Positions 10,511-20,408 of a DNA stretch of 64,000 bases are shown one piece after another. The notes beneath the pieces were generated by a model. It saw only the letters and a list, made by a program, of their open reading frames with translations. It was not told where the DNA came from and made no database searches. Position 1 is the first letter of the stretch. Every line of letters begins with the position of its first letter. Location of the stretch: the NCBI GenBank assembly GCA_963827655.1, contig CAWHCF010000031.1, forward strand, positions 152,845 through 216,844. Reading direction: 5' to 3'. Both the position numbers and the translations under genes were made by a program. The stretch comes from an uncultured Acidobacteriota bacterium. GTDB lineage: Bacteria > Acidobacteriota > UBA6911.

Positions 10511-11360
10511 GGGCTTGGGGGCACTCCTCCCTGATCTCCAGGGAACCGAACAGGCCCCTCAGGAGATCGACATTGACCGCATCACTCTCAATCCGGACCA
10601 GCCTCGCTTCAAGCTCGACGAGAAGAGCCTCGAAGAGCTCGCGGAGTCCGTGCGGAAAGTGGGCGTATTGCAGCCCGTACTGGTTCGTCCCGTCGGGGAC
10701 GGATATCAGTTGATTGCGGGGGAGAGGCGTTTAACAGCGGCCCAACGGGCCGGTTTGCTGAAGATTCCGGCTGCGGTGCGCGAAGTTCCAGATGATCGTC
10801 TGCTCGAGCTCGCCCTGATAGAAAACATTCAGCGCGAACAACTTAACCCGATTGAAGAGGCCCAGGCCTTCCAGAATCTGTTGGAAAACTTGAAACTGAC
10901 GCAGGAGGAGCTGGCCGAAAGATTGGCTCGAGAGCGGAGTACCATCGCCAACTGCTTGAGGCTCCTGAAGCTCCCTCCGGCAGTCAAACTTCTCATAGCC
11001 GAAGGAAAGCTGTCTCCCGGACATGCCCGCGCTCTGCTCAGTTCGAGCATAAGCCCGTCGGAGATCGCCCGAGTGGCACAGACCATGGTTGATCAATCCT
11101 GGTCCGTGCGTGACGCGGAGCGCTGGGCGCAGCGGCAGAACAACAAGAGAACGAGAAAAGCCAGGATGCAGGATCCCAACGTCTCGGCTGCCACCGATCG
11201 ACTGAGGGTTTTCCTCGGAACCAAGGTCGAGATTCTTAGCAGGGCAACTCCGTCCGGCTCGGGGCAGATCCGGATTCATTTCTTCAGCCCGGAGGATCTC
11301 GAACGGATCTACAGCATCCTTACAACCAACAGGGGTTACAAGATGGAGGAGAGGACATGA
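10488..11360 (+). CDS. parB: Chromosome partitioning protein ParB/Spo0J
   Basis: LGKGLGALL N-terminal peptide, IAGERR CTPase motif, IENIQREQLNPIEEA. Confidence 0.96.
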   Translation: MKKRVLGKGLGALLPDLQGTEQAPQEIDIDRITLNPDQPRFKLDEKSLEELAESVRKVGVLQPVLVRPVGDGYQLIAGERRLTAAQRAGLLKIPAAVREVPDDRLLELALIENIQREQLNPIEEAQAFQNLLENLKLTQEELAERLARERSTIANCLRLLKLPPAVKLLIAEGKLSPGHARALLSSSISPSEIARVAQTMVDQSWSVRDAERWAQRQNNKRTRKARMQDPNVSAATDRLRVFLGTKVEILSRATPSGSGQIRIHFFSPEDLERIYSILTTNRGYKMEERT

Positions 11361-11800
11361 ATTTCAAGAAGGGAGCCTCGGAGGCGACCGTAAGCCTACT
11401 GGGCGAGGGGGTGGAGATTGTAGGAGAGGTCTCCTTTACCCAGGGAGTCAAAATCGATGGCGTTATCAAAGGCAACGTCAAGTCGAATGCTTCTCTGGTG
11501 GTCGGTTCCAAAGGCAGGGTCGAAGCCGACGTTTCCGCTCGACGAATCTCCATCGGCGGAGAGTTCCGAGGTACCGTTCACGCGTCCGAGCGTGTGGAAA
11601 TTCTCAGGGACGGGAAGGTTTTTGGAGACCTGTACACACCCTGTCTTATCATCGAGGCGGGTGCAGTCTTTGAAGGGAAATGCAACATGAGCAAGGCGCC
11701 CAAAGCGGAGGAAGGGTCTGTGCTGAAGGTCGTAGAACCAAACGCTGAAGGCGTGAAGGCTGCCGGCAACGAGAAGCAATGGGCGACAAGAAGCGACTGA
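11357..11800 (+). CDS. Bactofilin (polymer-forming cytoskeletal protein)
   Basis: Beta-helical repeats LLGEGVEIVGEV..IDGVIKGNV..IEAGAVFEGKC; ATGA overlap with the parB stop. Confidence 0.9.
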   Translation: MNFKKGASEATVSLLGEGVEIVGEVSFTQGVKIDGVIKGNVKSNASLVVGSKGRVEADVSARRISIGGEFRGTVHASERVEILRDGKVFGDLYTPCLIIEAGAVFEGKCNMSKAPKAEEGSVLKVVEPNAEGVKAAGNEKQWATRSD

Positions 11801-11916
11801 CCGGACGGGTATCCGGCGCCTTAGCCAGCCTGTTTGAATTCAGCCTTTGAGTCGGGACTTGTTGCCATACTCGCCGATGATGCGGATAGCTACTAAATGC
11901 ATGAGATAGCACGTCT

Positions 11917-12137
11917 CTGAGTCGATGGCAGCCGTGCCTCGGTCCTGGGAGTGAAAAAACCCTTTGGTCGTTCCGCCAGCGTGTACCCTAACGGCCGGTG
12001 CCGAAAGTAGAGGCCGTCGAGAGAGCCGTTTACCGCAATCCAACCTCTGCTTGGACTCGCTGACTTGGGTGGAATCTTAACCTCGTCCGAATTGCACCTG
12101 AGGGATGTGAGAAGGGAGACTTTCAGGAGCGACTCAG
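11917..12137 (+). ncRNA. Candidate structured ncRNA (possibly 6S-like)
   Basis: Closing stem CTGAGTCG/CGACTCAG and nested complementary segments (see findings); no convincing ORF. Confidence 0.4.
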
Positions 12138-12156
12138 CATCGAAGAATGACCAGGA

Positions 12157-12441
12157 TCATTCCAAGTCTACGGCTATCTTCAGTGATTTAAGGAATTTAG
12201 CGTCTTCCGACGTAATTCGCAGTCGAACTGGATCATCCGCCTTGAGCGGCGCCGAGATCCTTTCGTTGTCACCTTTGCCTTTTCGATTGAATCCAATTGT
12301 GGCTTCGATGATGAGGAAGACTTCGTAACCGGCATCACGGATGCTCTGAATACAGTCGTTGATTTTAGGAGAGTCACTGAGCGTCTCGTTTATCGATTCA
12401 CCCAGGGTTTTCATCAATCGCTTGATTTCGGCATCCGCCAT
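12157..12441 (-). CDS. Small hypothetical protein
   Basis: Protein-like 94-aa ORF with AGGAG RBS; motif GYEVFLIIEATIGFN. Confidence 0.75.
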   Translation of the reverse strand: MADAEIKRLMKTLGESINETLSDSPKINDCIQSIRDAGYEVFLIIEATIGFNRKGKGDNERISAPLKADDPVRLRITSEDAKFLKSLKIAVDLE

Positions 12442-12651
12442 CCGGGTACTCCTAATAACGGCTTCCTGGCACCCACACCCTGAAGGAAGGGAGATTGTGG
12501 CTTTTACAGCAAACTAAGATATAGTGCATCTTAGGAGACTTCAGAAAAGCTGTCAAGTTGAACTTCGCCCTCAAGCCCGCGTCCTCAGCCTGTGTTGGGC
12601 CAACCTTCGACTTTCTCCGGCCTTTGGGGCTGAGAAAAGGCTGAACCTGAT

Positions 12652-14199
12652 ATGGAACAGAAACTCATTTACGACCCTCCGGCACACCCCGCTGTCCAGG
12701 CTTCTGAAAGGCCGGGTGAATATCCCTTCACCCGGGGAATCTATCGCAACATGTATCGCGGGCGGCTCTGGACCATGCGGCAGTATTCGGGCTTCGGGTC
12801 TGCCGAAGAATCGAACCGGCGCTACCACTACCTGTTGAAGCACGGGCAGACGGGTTTGAGCGTCGCCTTCGACCTCCCGACCCAGATGGGTCTGGATGCC
12901 GATCACGAATTGGCGGCCGGCGAGGTCGGGAAAGTCGGTGTTTCCATCAGCTCGCTGCGCGACATGGAAACCCTCCTCAATGATATCCCTTTAGACCAGG
13001 TCTCCATCTCGATGACCATCAACAGCACTGCGGCCATTCTGCTGACGATGGTACTCTCGGTCGCCCGCAGCCGCGGGGTTCCCTGGACCGCCCTCCGAGG
13101 GACGATCCAGAACGACCTCTTGAAGGAATACATCGCTCGCGGGACCTATATCTATCCTCCGGTTCCATCGCTGCGGATCGCTACCAACGTCTTTGCCTTC
13201 TGCCAGGAGCAGGTTCCCCGCTGGAATCCGATTTCGATCAGCGGCTACCACATTCGCGAGGCCGGCTCCACGGCGGTCCAGGAAGTGGCTTTTACACTGT
13301 CGAATGCCATTGCCTACGTCGAGAGCGCTCTCGAAGCCGGACTAGAGCTGGATGATTTTGCTGCCCAACTCTCCTTTTTCTTCAATGCCCACAGCAACTT
13401 CTTGGAAGAGATCGCCAAGTTCCGCGCCGCACGCCGTCTGTGGGCGCGGATCATGAAAGAACGGTTCAAGGCGACCGACCTCCGCTCGTGCGTGCTTCGT
13501 TTTCATGCCCAGACAGCAGGGAGCTCTCTGACAGCCCAGCAGCCGGAGAACAATATTGTTCGGGTCGCTTTACAGGCACTGTCCGCCGTCCTTGGGGGAA
13601 CCCAGTCGCTTCATACCAACTCGCTCGACGAAGCTCTTGCCCTGCCTGGCGAAAACGCCGCCCGGACTGCCCTGCGGACACAGCAGATTCTCGCTTACGA
13701 AAGCGGAGTTGCGAATACAGTCGACCCGTTGGGGGGCTGCTACGCGATAGAGACCATGACGGATCAAATCGAAGCCGAGGCCCACGAGTACATCCAGAGG
13801 ATCGATGCTCTGGGAGGAGCCGTCCGCGCTATTGAGATTGGCTACATACAACGCGAGATTCAGGAGTCAGCTTATCGATTCCAAAAGAGTGTTGAGACTG
13901 GAGAATCGGTTATCGTCGGCGTGAACAGGTTTGCCGCCAGCGAATCGGCCCCTGTGGATTTATTGACCGTGGATGAAGCCGTGGCAGAAAACCAGCGCCG
14001 GTATTTGCAAGAGCTACGCCAGACTCGCGACAATCATGCCGCCGGCAAGGCTCTGGATCGACTCAAACAGGCCGCAACCGGCAGGGAGAACCTGATGCCA
14101 TTCATCCTCGATGCGGTAGAGTCGCGCGCTACCATCGGCGAAATCTCTGACGCCCTCAGGACCGTGTTCGGAGAATACCGCGAAACTGCCGTTCTTTGA
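12652..14199 (+). CDS. Methylmalonyl-CoA mutase, substrate-binding subunit (no B12-binding domain)
   Basis: [14 protein letters not shown] (specificity Tyr), [30 protein letters not shown]. Confidence 0.9.
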   Translation: MEQKLIYDPPAHPAVQASERPGEYPFTRGIYRNMYRGRLWTMRQYSGFGSAEESNRRYHYLLKHGQTGLSVAFDLPTQMGLDADHELAAGEVGKVGVSISSLRDMETLLNDIPLDQVSISMTINSTAAILLTMVLSVARSRGVPWTALRGTIQNDLLKEYIARGTYIYPPVPSLRIATNVFAFCQEQVPRWNPISISGYHIREAGSTAVQEVAFTLSNAIAYVESALEAGLELDDFAAQLSFFFNAHSNFLEEIAKFRAARRLWARIMKERFKATDLRSCVLRFHAQTAGSSLTAQQPENNIVRVALQALSAVLGGTQSLHTNSLDEALALPGENAARTALRTQQILAYESGVANTVDPLGGCYAIETMTDQIEAEAHEYIQRIDALGGAVRAIEIGYIQREIQESAYRFQKSVETGESVIVGVNRFAASESAPVDLLTVDEAVAENQRRYLQELRQTRDNHAAGKALDRLKQAATGRENLMPFILDAVESRATIGEISDALRTVFGEYRETAVL

Positions 14200-14215
14200 C
14201 ACATCTGGAGTTCAC

Positions 14216-14231
14216 GTCTTCACGTGAAACG
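14216..14231. promoter_or_regulatory. Degenerate parS-like site
   Basis: GTCTTCACGTGAAACG; core TTCACGTGAAAC intact. Confidence 0.5.
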
Positions 14232-14255
14232 GCTCCCACCTGGCCACCTATCTTT

Positions 14256-14342
14256 ACTATTTAGATAGTGAATCATGCTCAAAGCCTTCATTTTCCTCTC
14301 GGATGACACTGGTAACACTATCATGATAGTACTATAATAGTG
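14256..14342. promoter_or_regulatory. AT-rich cluster of ACTAT...ATAGT palindromes (putative operator)
   Basis: ACTATTTAGATAGT 14256-14269, perfect ACTATCATGATAGT 14317-14330, ACTATAATAGT 14331-14341 containing TATAAT. Confidence 0.45.
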
Positions 14343-14978
14343 GTTTTAAGATTTCTCCGTCAGCATGGGATGCATCATTGATGAACCCGCGTGAGACTAT
14401 GGACCATCCTCTTCCAAACGCTTACCGGGTGTTCCCTGTTATGGTACGCAAGGAGACAAGCGAAGCGCCTTCCGCAGTCCAGGCGAGCGAATCCATCCTG
14501 TAGTGCCGCACCTGTCTCAGATGGCCTTGAACCTGACCAGGCGCTCGGTGCTTGCCCGGCTAAGTTTTGAGCACCCTGCCTTCCGTTGACGTGGGCGACC
14601 GTCAGGAATTCGGTTAACCCAGTGATGAAATCGCGTACGAAAGGGGCCGCATCTCTAAAGACTCAACGGGCCGGGGCGAACAAAACATCGCCAGACAGAG
14701 TCGGTAGCAAACTGTACTTTCCACCGCTTGCGCGTTCTTATTCGGCAGCCAGGCTGCCGCATCCGCACGATTATTGAATTGCCGTCGGCCAACCGATCAT
14801 CATTCTCGAAACGGATGGTCGCGGGAGAGTAGGAACGGCTGTCAGCGCAAACCAGCCCTGTGCATCAGACGCAAGCCGATAAGAGAAACTCCTCTATCGC
14901 GCTCGCCGCAAATGGGGGCTTTGCGGGTGACATTCACGAACGTCGCAGACTCATCTTGCGGACCTGCTTGCTGCAGAC

Positions 14979-16136
14979 TTATTTGGTAAGGCAGGCCTCC
15001 GACACCAGTTTTTGAAAGCTGTTGACCGGGTTGTTGCCGCCCGGGCTCTGCGTGAAAACAAGCCCGAACAGATCGAGTGAGGGATCGACCCAGGCCATGG
15101 TGCCGTCCGACCCGCCGTGCGAAAAAACGGCATCTTTTCCGACCAGCCATCCCAGTCCGTAGTGAGCGGACTCGGAGCTTTTGGCGAGAGGCGAGGTAGC
15201 TTTTCGGACGGATTCGCGGGTGAGTATCTCGGCCTTGCCATACCGGCCGCCATTCAGATACATCTGGAGAAACTTCGCATAATCCATGGCGGTCGAGATC
15301 ATTCCTCCGGATGCGCGAACGATGGGAAAATCAGGAGGATCATCCGGAGTGAAACCCTGCCGGAACTCGACCTTGCCGTCAGGGCCGCGGCTCCCGCGAT
15401 AGACCGTCGCCATCCGGTGGAGTTTGGCCGGGTCCTCATGATTGCTCGTGTCGACCATGCCGAGCGGCTCATAGATTCGCCTGGTAAGAAACTCTTCCAA
15501 GGACATCGCCGAAACATGCTCGATAACCGCGCCTACCGTATTGAATCCCGCATTGCTATAGCTGTAGGAATTCCCGGGCTCAACTTCAGGCCCCTCTCTG
15601 CCGAATTTGTCAACAGCGGAACGGAGTGTCGGATGCGGATCCGTCTTTTCATCGAACGGCAGAAAAATTGGCCGAATGCGAAAGCCGGAAGTGTGACTCA
15701 ATAATTGCTGCACGGTAATCCTGCGCGACTTTGCGTTGTTGAAAGATTCGAAATACCGCGAAACCCTGTCGTCAAGGGCCAATTTTCCTTCCTGAACCAG
15801 GATCAGGGTCGCGCTTGCTATGACCGGCTTCGTGTTCGAGGCCATCCGAAAGAGCGTATCCTTCTCCATAGGTAATTGATAACCCCGATGTCTCCAGCCG
15901 ATCGCCTCGTGCAGAACGATCTTTCCGTGGCGGGCCACCATCAAGACCACGCCGCGCAAGTCATCCCGCTCGACCGCATCGCGGTAGAGCCGGATCGCCT
16001 GATCCAGCCGGTTGCCATCCATGTCTGCCGAGCTAGGAGATCCATATTCCAGTACTCTCGCGCCCTGCCCCCAAAGCGGGAAAGCGTTAACGAGAAGCAG
16101 AACGAAAATCGCTTCAACCCTGACGAACCTTTTCAC
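14979..16136 (-). CDS. Secreted serine hydrolase, beta-lactamase/AmpC-like family
   Basis: Signal peptide; FRMASNTK (SxxK), LLSHTSG, YSYSN, HGG motifs. Confidence 0.88.
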   Translation of the reverse strand: MKRFVRVEAIFVLLLVNAFPLWGQGARVLEYGSPSSADMDGNRLDQAIRLYRDAVERDDLRGVVLMVARHGKIVLHEAIGWRHRGYQLPMEKDTLFRMASNTKPVIASATLILVQEGKLALDDRVSRYFESFNNAKSRRITVQQLLSHTSGFRIRPIFLPFDEKTDPHPTLRSAVDKFGREGPEVEPGNSYSYSNAGFNTVGAVIEHVSAMSLEEFLTRRIYEPLGMVDTSNHEDPAKLHRMATVYRGSRGPDGKVEFRQGFTPDDPPDFPIVRASGGMISTAMDYAKFLQMYLNGGRYGKAEILTRESVRKATSPLAKSSESAHYGLGWLVGKDAVFSHGGSDGTMAWVDPSLDLFGLVFTQSPGGNNPVNSFQKLVSEACLTK

Positions 16137-16302
16137 TTTCGATCCTCATCTCCCCGAGTAAACGTTGAAAACGTTGGTCAGCTCTCACCGGCAACGCGGA
16201 ACCGGTGATTTCCATGGTCAAGCCGCGACCTTTGTGGTTTGGCATCTTTGCGCGGCGGGTTCTTCATGCGCTCGCCGCCAGGGAGCGCATGAGGCGCAAA
16301 CC

Positions 16303-17503
16303 TCACTTTACGGCGGTAAACATGATCTCGACCAGGCCGTCCGGATTTACCAGACCGGATTCTACAGTGGCCCGCGCCGGAAAATCTTTCGTGAACACCG
16401 TGCGATACCCCTCGTTCATCGCCTGGAACTTGGTAACGTCGGTAATGTATACGATTCCTTCGACAATGTGACTCCAGTCGAACCCGGCGGCCTTCAATGT
16501 CCGTCCAATATTCGCCAGCGTCTCACTTGTTTGTCCTTTCATGTCGGATTTGTTCTTCTCGTTATTGCCGAGCATGCCTGAGACGTAAAGACGGTCGCCC
16601 ACTCGGATCGCGGAGCTGAGATTCGGATTTGGACGGCCCGGCGAGCCGTCCGCGCTCGGAGGCAAAATCGCCTCTCGCGTGGGCCCCTTGACCGCTACCA
16701 GCGTGATCTCGACCACGAATTGCGGGCCCATTAATCCTGTTTTCACTGTTGCGCGCGCCGGGGGATCTTTGGGGAAAAAGGCCCGGTAGGCCGCGTTCAT
16801 GTCCTGGAACATCGCCGTGTCGGTGATATAGACCCGCGAGCTGACGACATCTGCGTGAGTCATCCCCGCGGTTTTAAGAATCTCTCCCGCATTTTCGAGT
16901 ATTGTTCGCGTCTGCAACTTCATGTCACCGGCGATGACAGAGTCATCCTTGCCGTTTCGCGAAACCAGACCGGCGAGAAAAAGCGTGTCACCGGACTTGA
17001 TGCCGAAACTGTAGGGACGAGGCGATTTCATCCAGCCCGACGGGTGAATGACATCGCCGCTCCGCGCCCTTTGGCGTCGCGACCATGGAGATTTCGATCA
17101 GCGCTTCCGGCAAAACCAGGTTGGTTTGGACAGTCGTGCGCCCCGGCGGATCCTTGGGGAAATAGCTCCGGTAGACTTCGTTCATCGCCTGGAAATCCGA
17201 GGCCGATTTCAGGTAGACATACACCGAAACCACGTTCTCGAAGCCCGTGCCCGCCGCTTTCAATACCGGTGCGATGTTGTCGAACACGCGCTTCGTCTGA
17301 GCCTTTATGTCCCCCGAAATCACACGTCCTGCGTCATCCGTAGCGATGGCTCCGGCGACATAAATAAAGTTGCCGGCCTTCACGGCGGGACTGAACGGCA
17401 GGTTAAGATCGAGACCGACCCGAATGATCTGTTTCTTCGACTGGGCAGAAAGAACACCCACGACGGCAACGCAGATAAGAACTACTCTCATCACCAAGCG
17501 CAC
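16303..17503 (-). CDS. Signal-peptide protein with three tandem RidA/YjgF domains (one indel near 17057)
   Basis: Three domains each with P-x-R-x-T and a conserved Glu (PGRTT/IEIS, PARAT/VEIT, PARAT/VEIM); deleting one G in GAGCGGCGAT joins the two ORFs. Confidence 0.85.
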
Positions 17504-17594
17504 GGCGCACCTCCTCAGGTTAGGCCTATTCGGCAGACTTCTTCACGAAACCTTGATTCTTATACAGAACTTGTCCGCAACCCAAGGTTTTTTC

Positions 17595-17729
17595 GTGTTT
17601 CTCAGCGTCTTCGCGTCTTCGTGGTGAGCGCTGCGACCACTAAGACACTAAGGTTCGTTCACTGCCCCGAACGAAAGCCCCCGACGACAAATGTGGTTAT
17701 TTCGCAAGCCCTAAGACACAAAGAAACAC
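17595..17729. repeat. REP-like palindrome with 31-bp arms (8-bp periodic GTCTTCGC/GAAGACAC) interrupted by an insertion
   Basis: Left arm 17595-17625 matches the reverse complement of the right arm once 17652-17714 is removed. Confidence 0.7.
17652..17710. mobile_element. MITE-like 59-bp insertion with CTAA target duplication
   Basis: CTAA at 17648-17651 and 17711-17714; similar to the element at 45610. Confidence 0.6.
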
Positions 17730-17777
17730 CAGGAATCTTTGCAGAGAAGTAGGAGGCGCGTGACGCCAGCCGAAGAC

Positions 17778-18793
17778 TTACTGGGCGACCTTTCTTAATT
17801 GATCGATCCGCTCCCGGACTGACTTGGAAAAACAATCAACTTCTTGCGGAGTTGCTCCGCTGGCCTGCAGCCCGCTTCGAATCTGAGAGTCCGTCAGCTT
17901 GCCGATATATTGCAGAATCCATTTTACGTCCTGCGGAGTTATTCCCTCATTAATGTCCTTTTCGTTAAACGCTCCGCTGAAACCCCACACCACTTCACCA
18001 TCCCTGACCCCTTTTACGAATTCTGAGGTTTGAGACGCATATCCATCACAGTCCCATTTATTCCGGACGAATCCAGGCAAGCCCCAGCGGCCCATGGACC
18101 CGCCCCAGTCGAGAACGAGGTAGCGTAGCTCCCTTCCCACCGGCGCCCGATGAGTCGATAATGGCCGTATTTGTGCCCATATCGACGTCACGCGCGTCCT
18201 TGGAATCCCAATTGGAGGTCAGCATCATGATGATTTTCAGCCCCTGAAGCGGCTTGCTCCCAAGAAAGGGATTATAGTTCCAGGCCCAGTTACGGCCTTT
18301 GAGGAGATTCGGTTCCCAGGCCTGAAAACGCGCGGTCGTGAAGCTCCCGTCGGAGGCCAATCGGTCCCCGGCACGTCCGGGATCGGTTACTCTCTCGATC
18401 CTGCCACTCTCCACAAAATAAGTCGGCAACGTGAAGTATCCAGCGGCCCAAGCAAGACGAGACGCGAAGATTTCGGCTTTGACTTCGTCCCCCCATTTCA
18501 CGCTCCACATCGACCCCCTTGCATCCCGCACCTTGAGCTTGGGTTTCTTTCCGCTTTCGATCTCCTTGATAAACGTGTAGGGGCCTTGCGGAGCGTTTGC
18601 TTTCCCGCCCGGACCGCCGGCCAGGTCTAATCTCTCGACCGAGCCCGGGCTCACGCCAGAGAACAGAATTTGCCCTGGTATCCACCCGGCTGCTTTCAGA
18701 CGACGCCTTCTCTTTCATCAGAAAGAGTCTGAGCCGACAGGAGCAGATGCAACCAGGATCATTGTTAAAACTCAGATTTCGCAGGCAAGACAA
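17778..18793 (-). CDS. Uncharacterised kinase-like protein (indels near 18650 and 18140)
   Basis: Fragments join as LWREPG-SVERLDL..GKKPKLKVRD..WSVKWGDE..SNWDSK..YLVLDWGGSMG, resembling kinase Lys, DxK and DxG motifs; AAAGGAGG RBS before TTG 18793. Confidence 0.6.
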
Positions 18794-18879
18794 GGTCTCC
18801 TCCTTTCGCAATCGCCCGTTCCTTCGCGCATCCGGGCACCGCCTCGCTAAGAAAGCTCAAAAGAGCCTCGGGCCTGATC

Positions 18880-18895
18880 TGCAAGACCCGGACCA
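18880..18895 (-). promoter_or_regulatory. Sigma54-type -24/-12 promoter toward the kinase-like gene
   Basis: TGGTCCGGGTCTTGCA (GG-N10-GC). Confidence 0.5.
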
Positions 18896-19217
18896 TTACC
18901 GCGCCTTATCTCGATACCGACAGTCTGATCGCCCGGCTCTTAAGCCCGAGGTATCGCGGCTTTAGGGGAAGGCTTGGGGTCGTTGGGTGATTGTCCTTGA
19001 TTTGCGAACTCGTCGTTAACTTGGCCATATCAGAGAAAATTTCCCGGTTGAATCGGGACAGATACTGCGCAGTGAGTCCCATCGCCGAGGAAATTCTCCT
19101 TCCGGTGGCGTGCTCTATTCAATACTCGAACGCTGATGCGGGCCACTCAATGACGCAATTGTTGGAAATTCTCGCTCTTTGCTGACGCTCGGCCTCTTCG
19201 AGAATGAGAAGTCAATC

Positions 19218-19233
19218 TGGTTTGAAAATTGCA
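19218..19233 (+). promoter_or_regulatory. Sigma54-type -24/-12 promoter toward the CBS-BON-hemerythrin operon
   Basis: TGGTTTGAAAATTGCA (GG-N10-GC), 32 nt before the ATG. Confidence 0.55.
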
Positions 19234-19265
19234 CCAGCGGATTTGGAAGCCAGAAAGGAGGAATC

Positions 19266-19691
19266 ATGAAAAAGGTCAGAGAAATCATGACCAGAGATCC
19301 GGTTTGCTGTACACCGCAAGATAGTGTTACGGAGGCCGCCCAGTTGATGAAGCGTGAAGATGTTGGGTCGGTTCCAGTCGTAAAGGATCTCAAAACGAAA
19401 AAACTGGTCGGCATCGTCACCGATCGGGACCTGGCATTGAAAGTGTTGGCAGAGGGTCGCGACCCGAACAACACTCGAGTCGAAGAGATAATGACTCGCA
19501 GTCCGGTAACCTGCCGTGAGGACGATGATCTCGAGAGTTGCCTCGATGGCATGGAAAAACGCCAGATCCGCCGGATGCCGATTGTCGACCGAGAAGACAG
19601 AATCGTCGGAATTATCGCTCAGGCCGATGTGGCAACGCGCGGCGGAGAGCCTGAAAAGACTGCCGAACTGGTCGAGGAAATCTCTGAATAA
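19266..19691 (+). CDS. CBS-domain protein
   Basis: VREIMT..VGSVPVV..GIVTDRDL..IRRMPIVD..GIIAQAD; strong RBS. Confidence 0.9.
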   Translation: MKKVREIMTRDPVCCTPQDSVTEAAQLMKREDVGSVPVVKDLKTKKLVGIVTDRDLALKVLAEGRDPNNTRVEEIMTRSPVTCREDDDLESCLDGMEKRQIRRMPIVDREDRIVGIIAQADVATRGGEPEKTAELVEEISE

Positions 19692-19708
19692 CAAAAAGGG
19701 AGGTATTT

Positions 19709-20396
19709 ATGAACGGAAGATTAGCTCTGATAACCGGGATCGGATTCGGTGCCGGCTTGATGTATATCCTCGATCCCGCCATGGGAAGACGACGGCGAGC
19801 GTTGGCTCGTGACAAGACCGTACACGCCTGGAAGAAAACGAGCGACGCCGTGGGCGCGACAGCGCGCGACGTTTCGAATCGAGCCGCCGGTCTTTCCCAA
19901 AAGCTGCGGTCGAGCTTCACGCGCCAGGAGTCTCCTTCGGATGCCGTCCTGGTTGAACGCGTTCGATCAAGGATGGGACACGTTGTTTCTCATCCACACG
20001 CCGTCGACGTCACGGCGAGCGGGGGGCAGATCATACTCCACGGCCCCGTTTTTGCGGCCGAGGTGGGCAGGTTGCTCTCGTCAGTCGCCGGGATCCCGGG
20101 AGTTGAGGGTGTAGAGAATCGGCTCGAAGTGCACGAAACTGCGGAAAATGTTCCCGTTCTCCAGGGCGGGATCGAGCCGGGAGGAAAGCGGTTTGAAGCG
20201 TCTGCAGCGGATCTGGTCTCCCTCCACAACCGCTGTGATGGCAGCGAGCGGGGGAGCGCTGGCGTTTTATGGTTGGAACCGGCGGGACCGGCTCGGTGTG
20301 ACATGCAGGAAACTTGGTCTTGGGATGCTGTCACGCGGGTGGATGGCGTCCCGACGGCGCCGGAGCTGGATCAAAAATCTTCCGCTTATGAAATGA
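19709..20396 (+). CDS. BON-domain membrane protein (indel near 20197)
   Basis: GAGLMYILDP..GRRRRA N-terminus, BON domain LVERVRSRMG..GVENRL, hydrophobic C-terminus in the shifted frame. Confidence 0.75.
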
Positions 20397-20408
20397 AAGG
20401 AGGGCGGA

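Noticed and set aside
14743-14759. Perfect palindrome CGGCAGCC-A-GGCTGCCG
   Set aside because: Isolated, GC-rich and without a U-tract; no function assignable.
14800-14845. GCGGGAGAGTAGG resembling the 5S rRNA 3' end
   Set aside because: No upstream CCGAAC loop or 5S stems and no rRNA operon context; treated as chance.
14430-14975. Possible heavily decayed CRTAC1-like pseudogene on the minus strand (ATFVNVTRKA, FENDDRLAD)
   Set aside because: Similarity is too fragmentary to support by eye; needs BLASTX.
17595-17729. Periodic repeats as a CRISPR array
   Set aside because: Units are 8-bp periodic inverted arms without unique spacers; no cas genes in the window.
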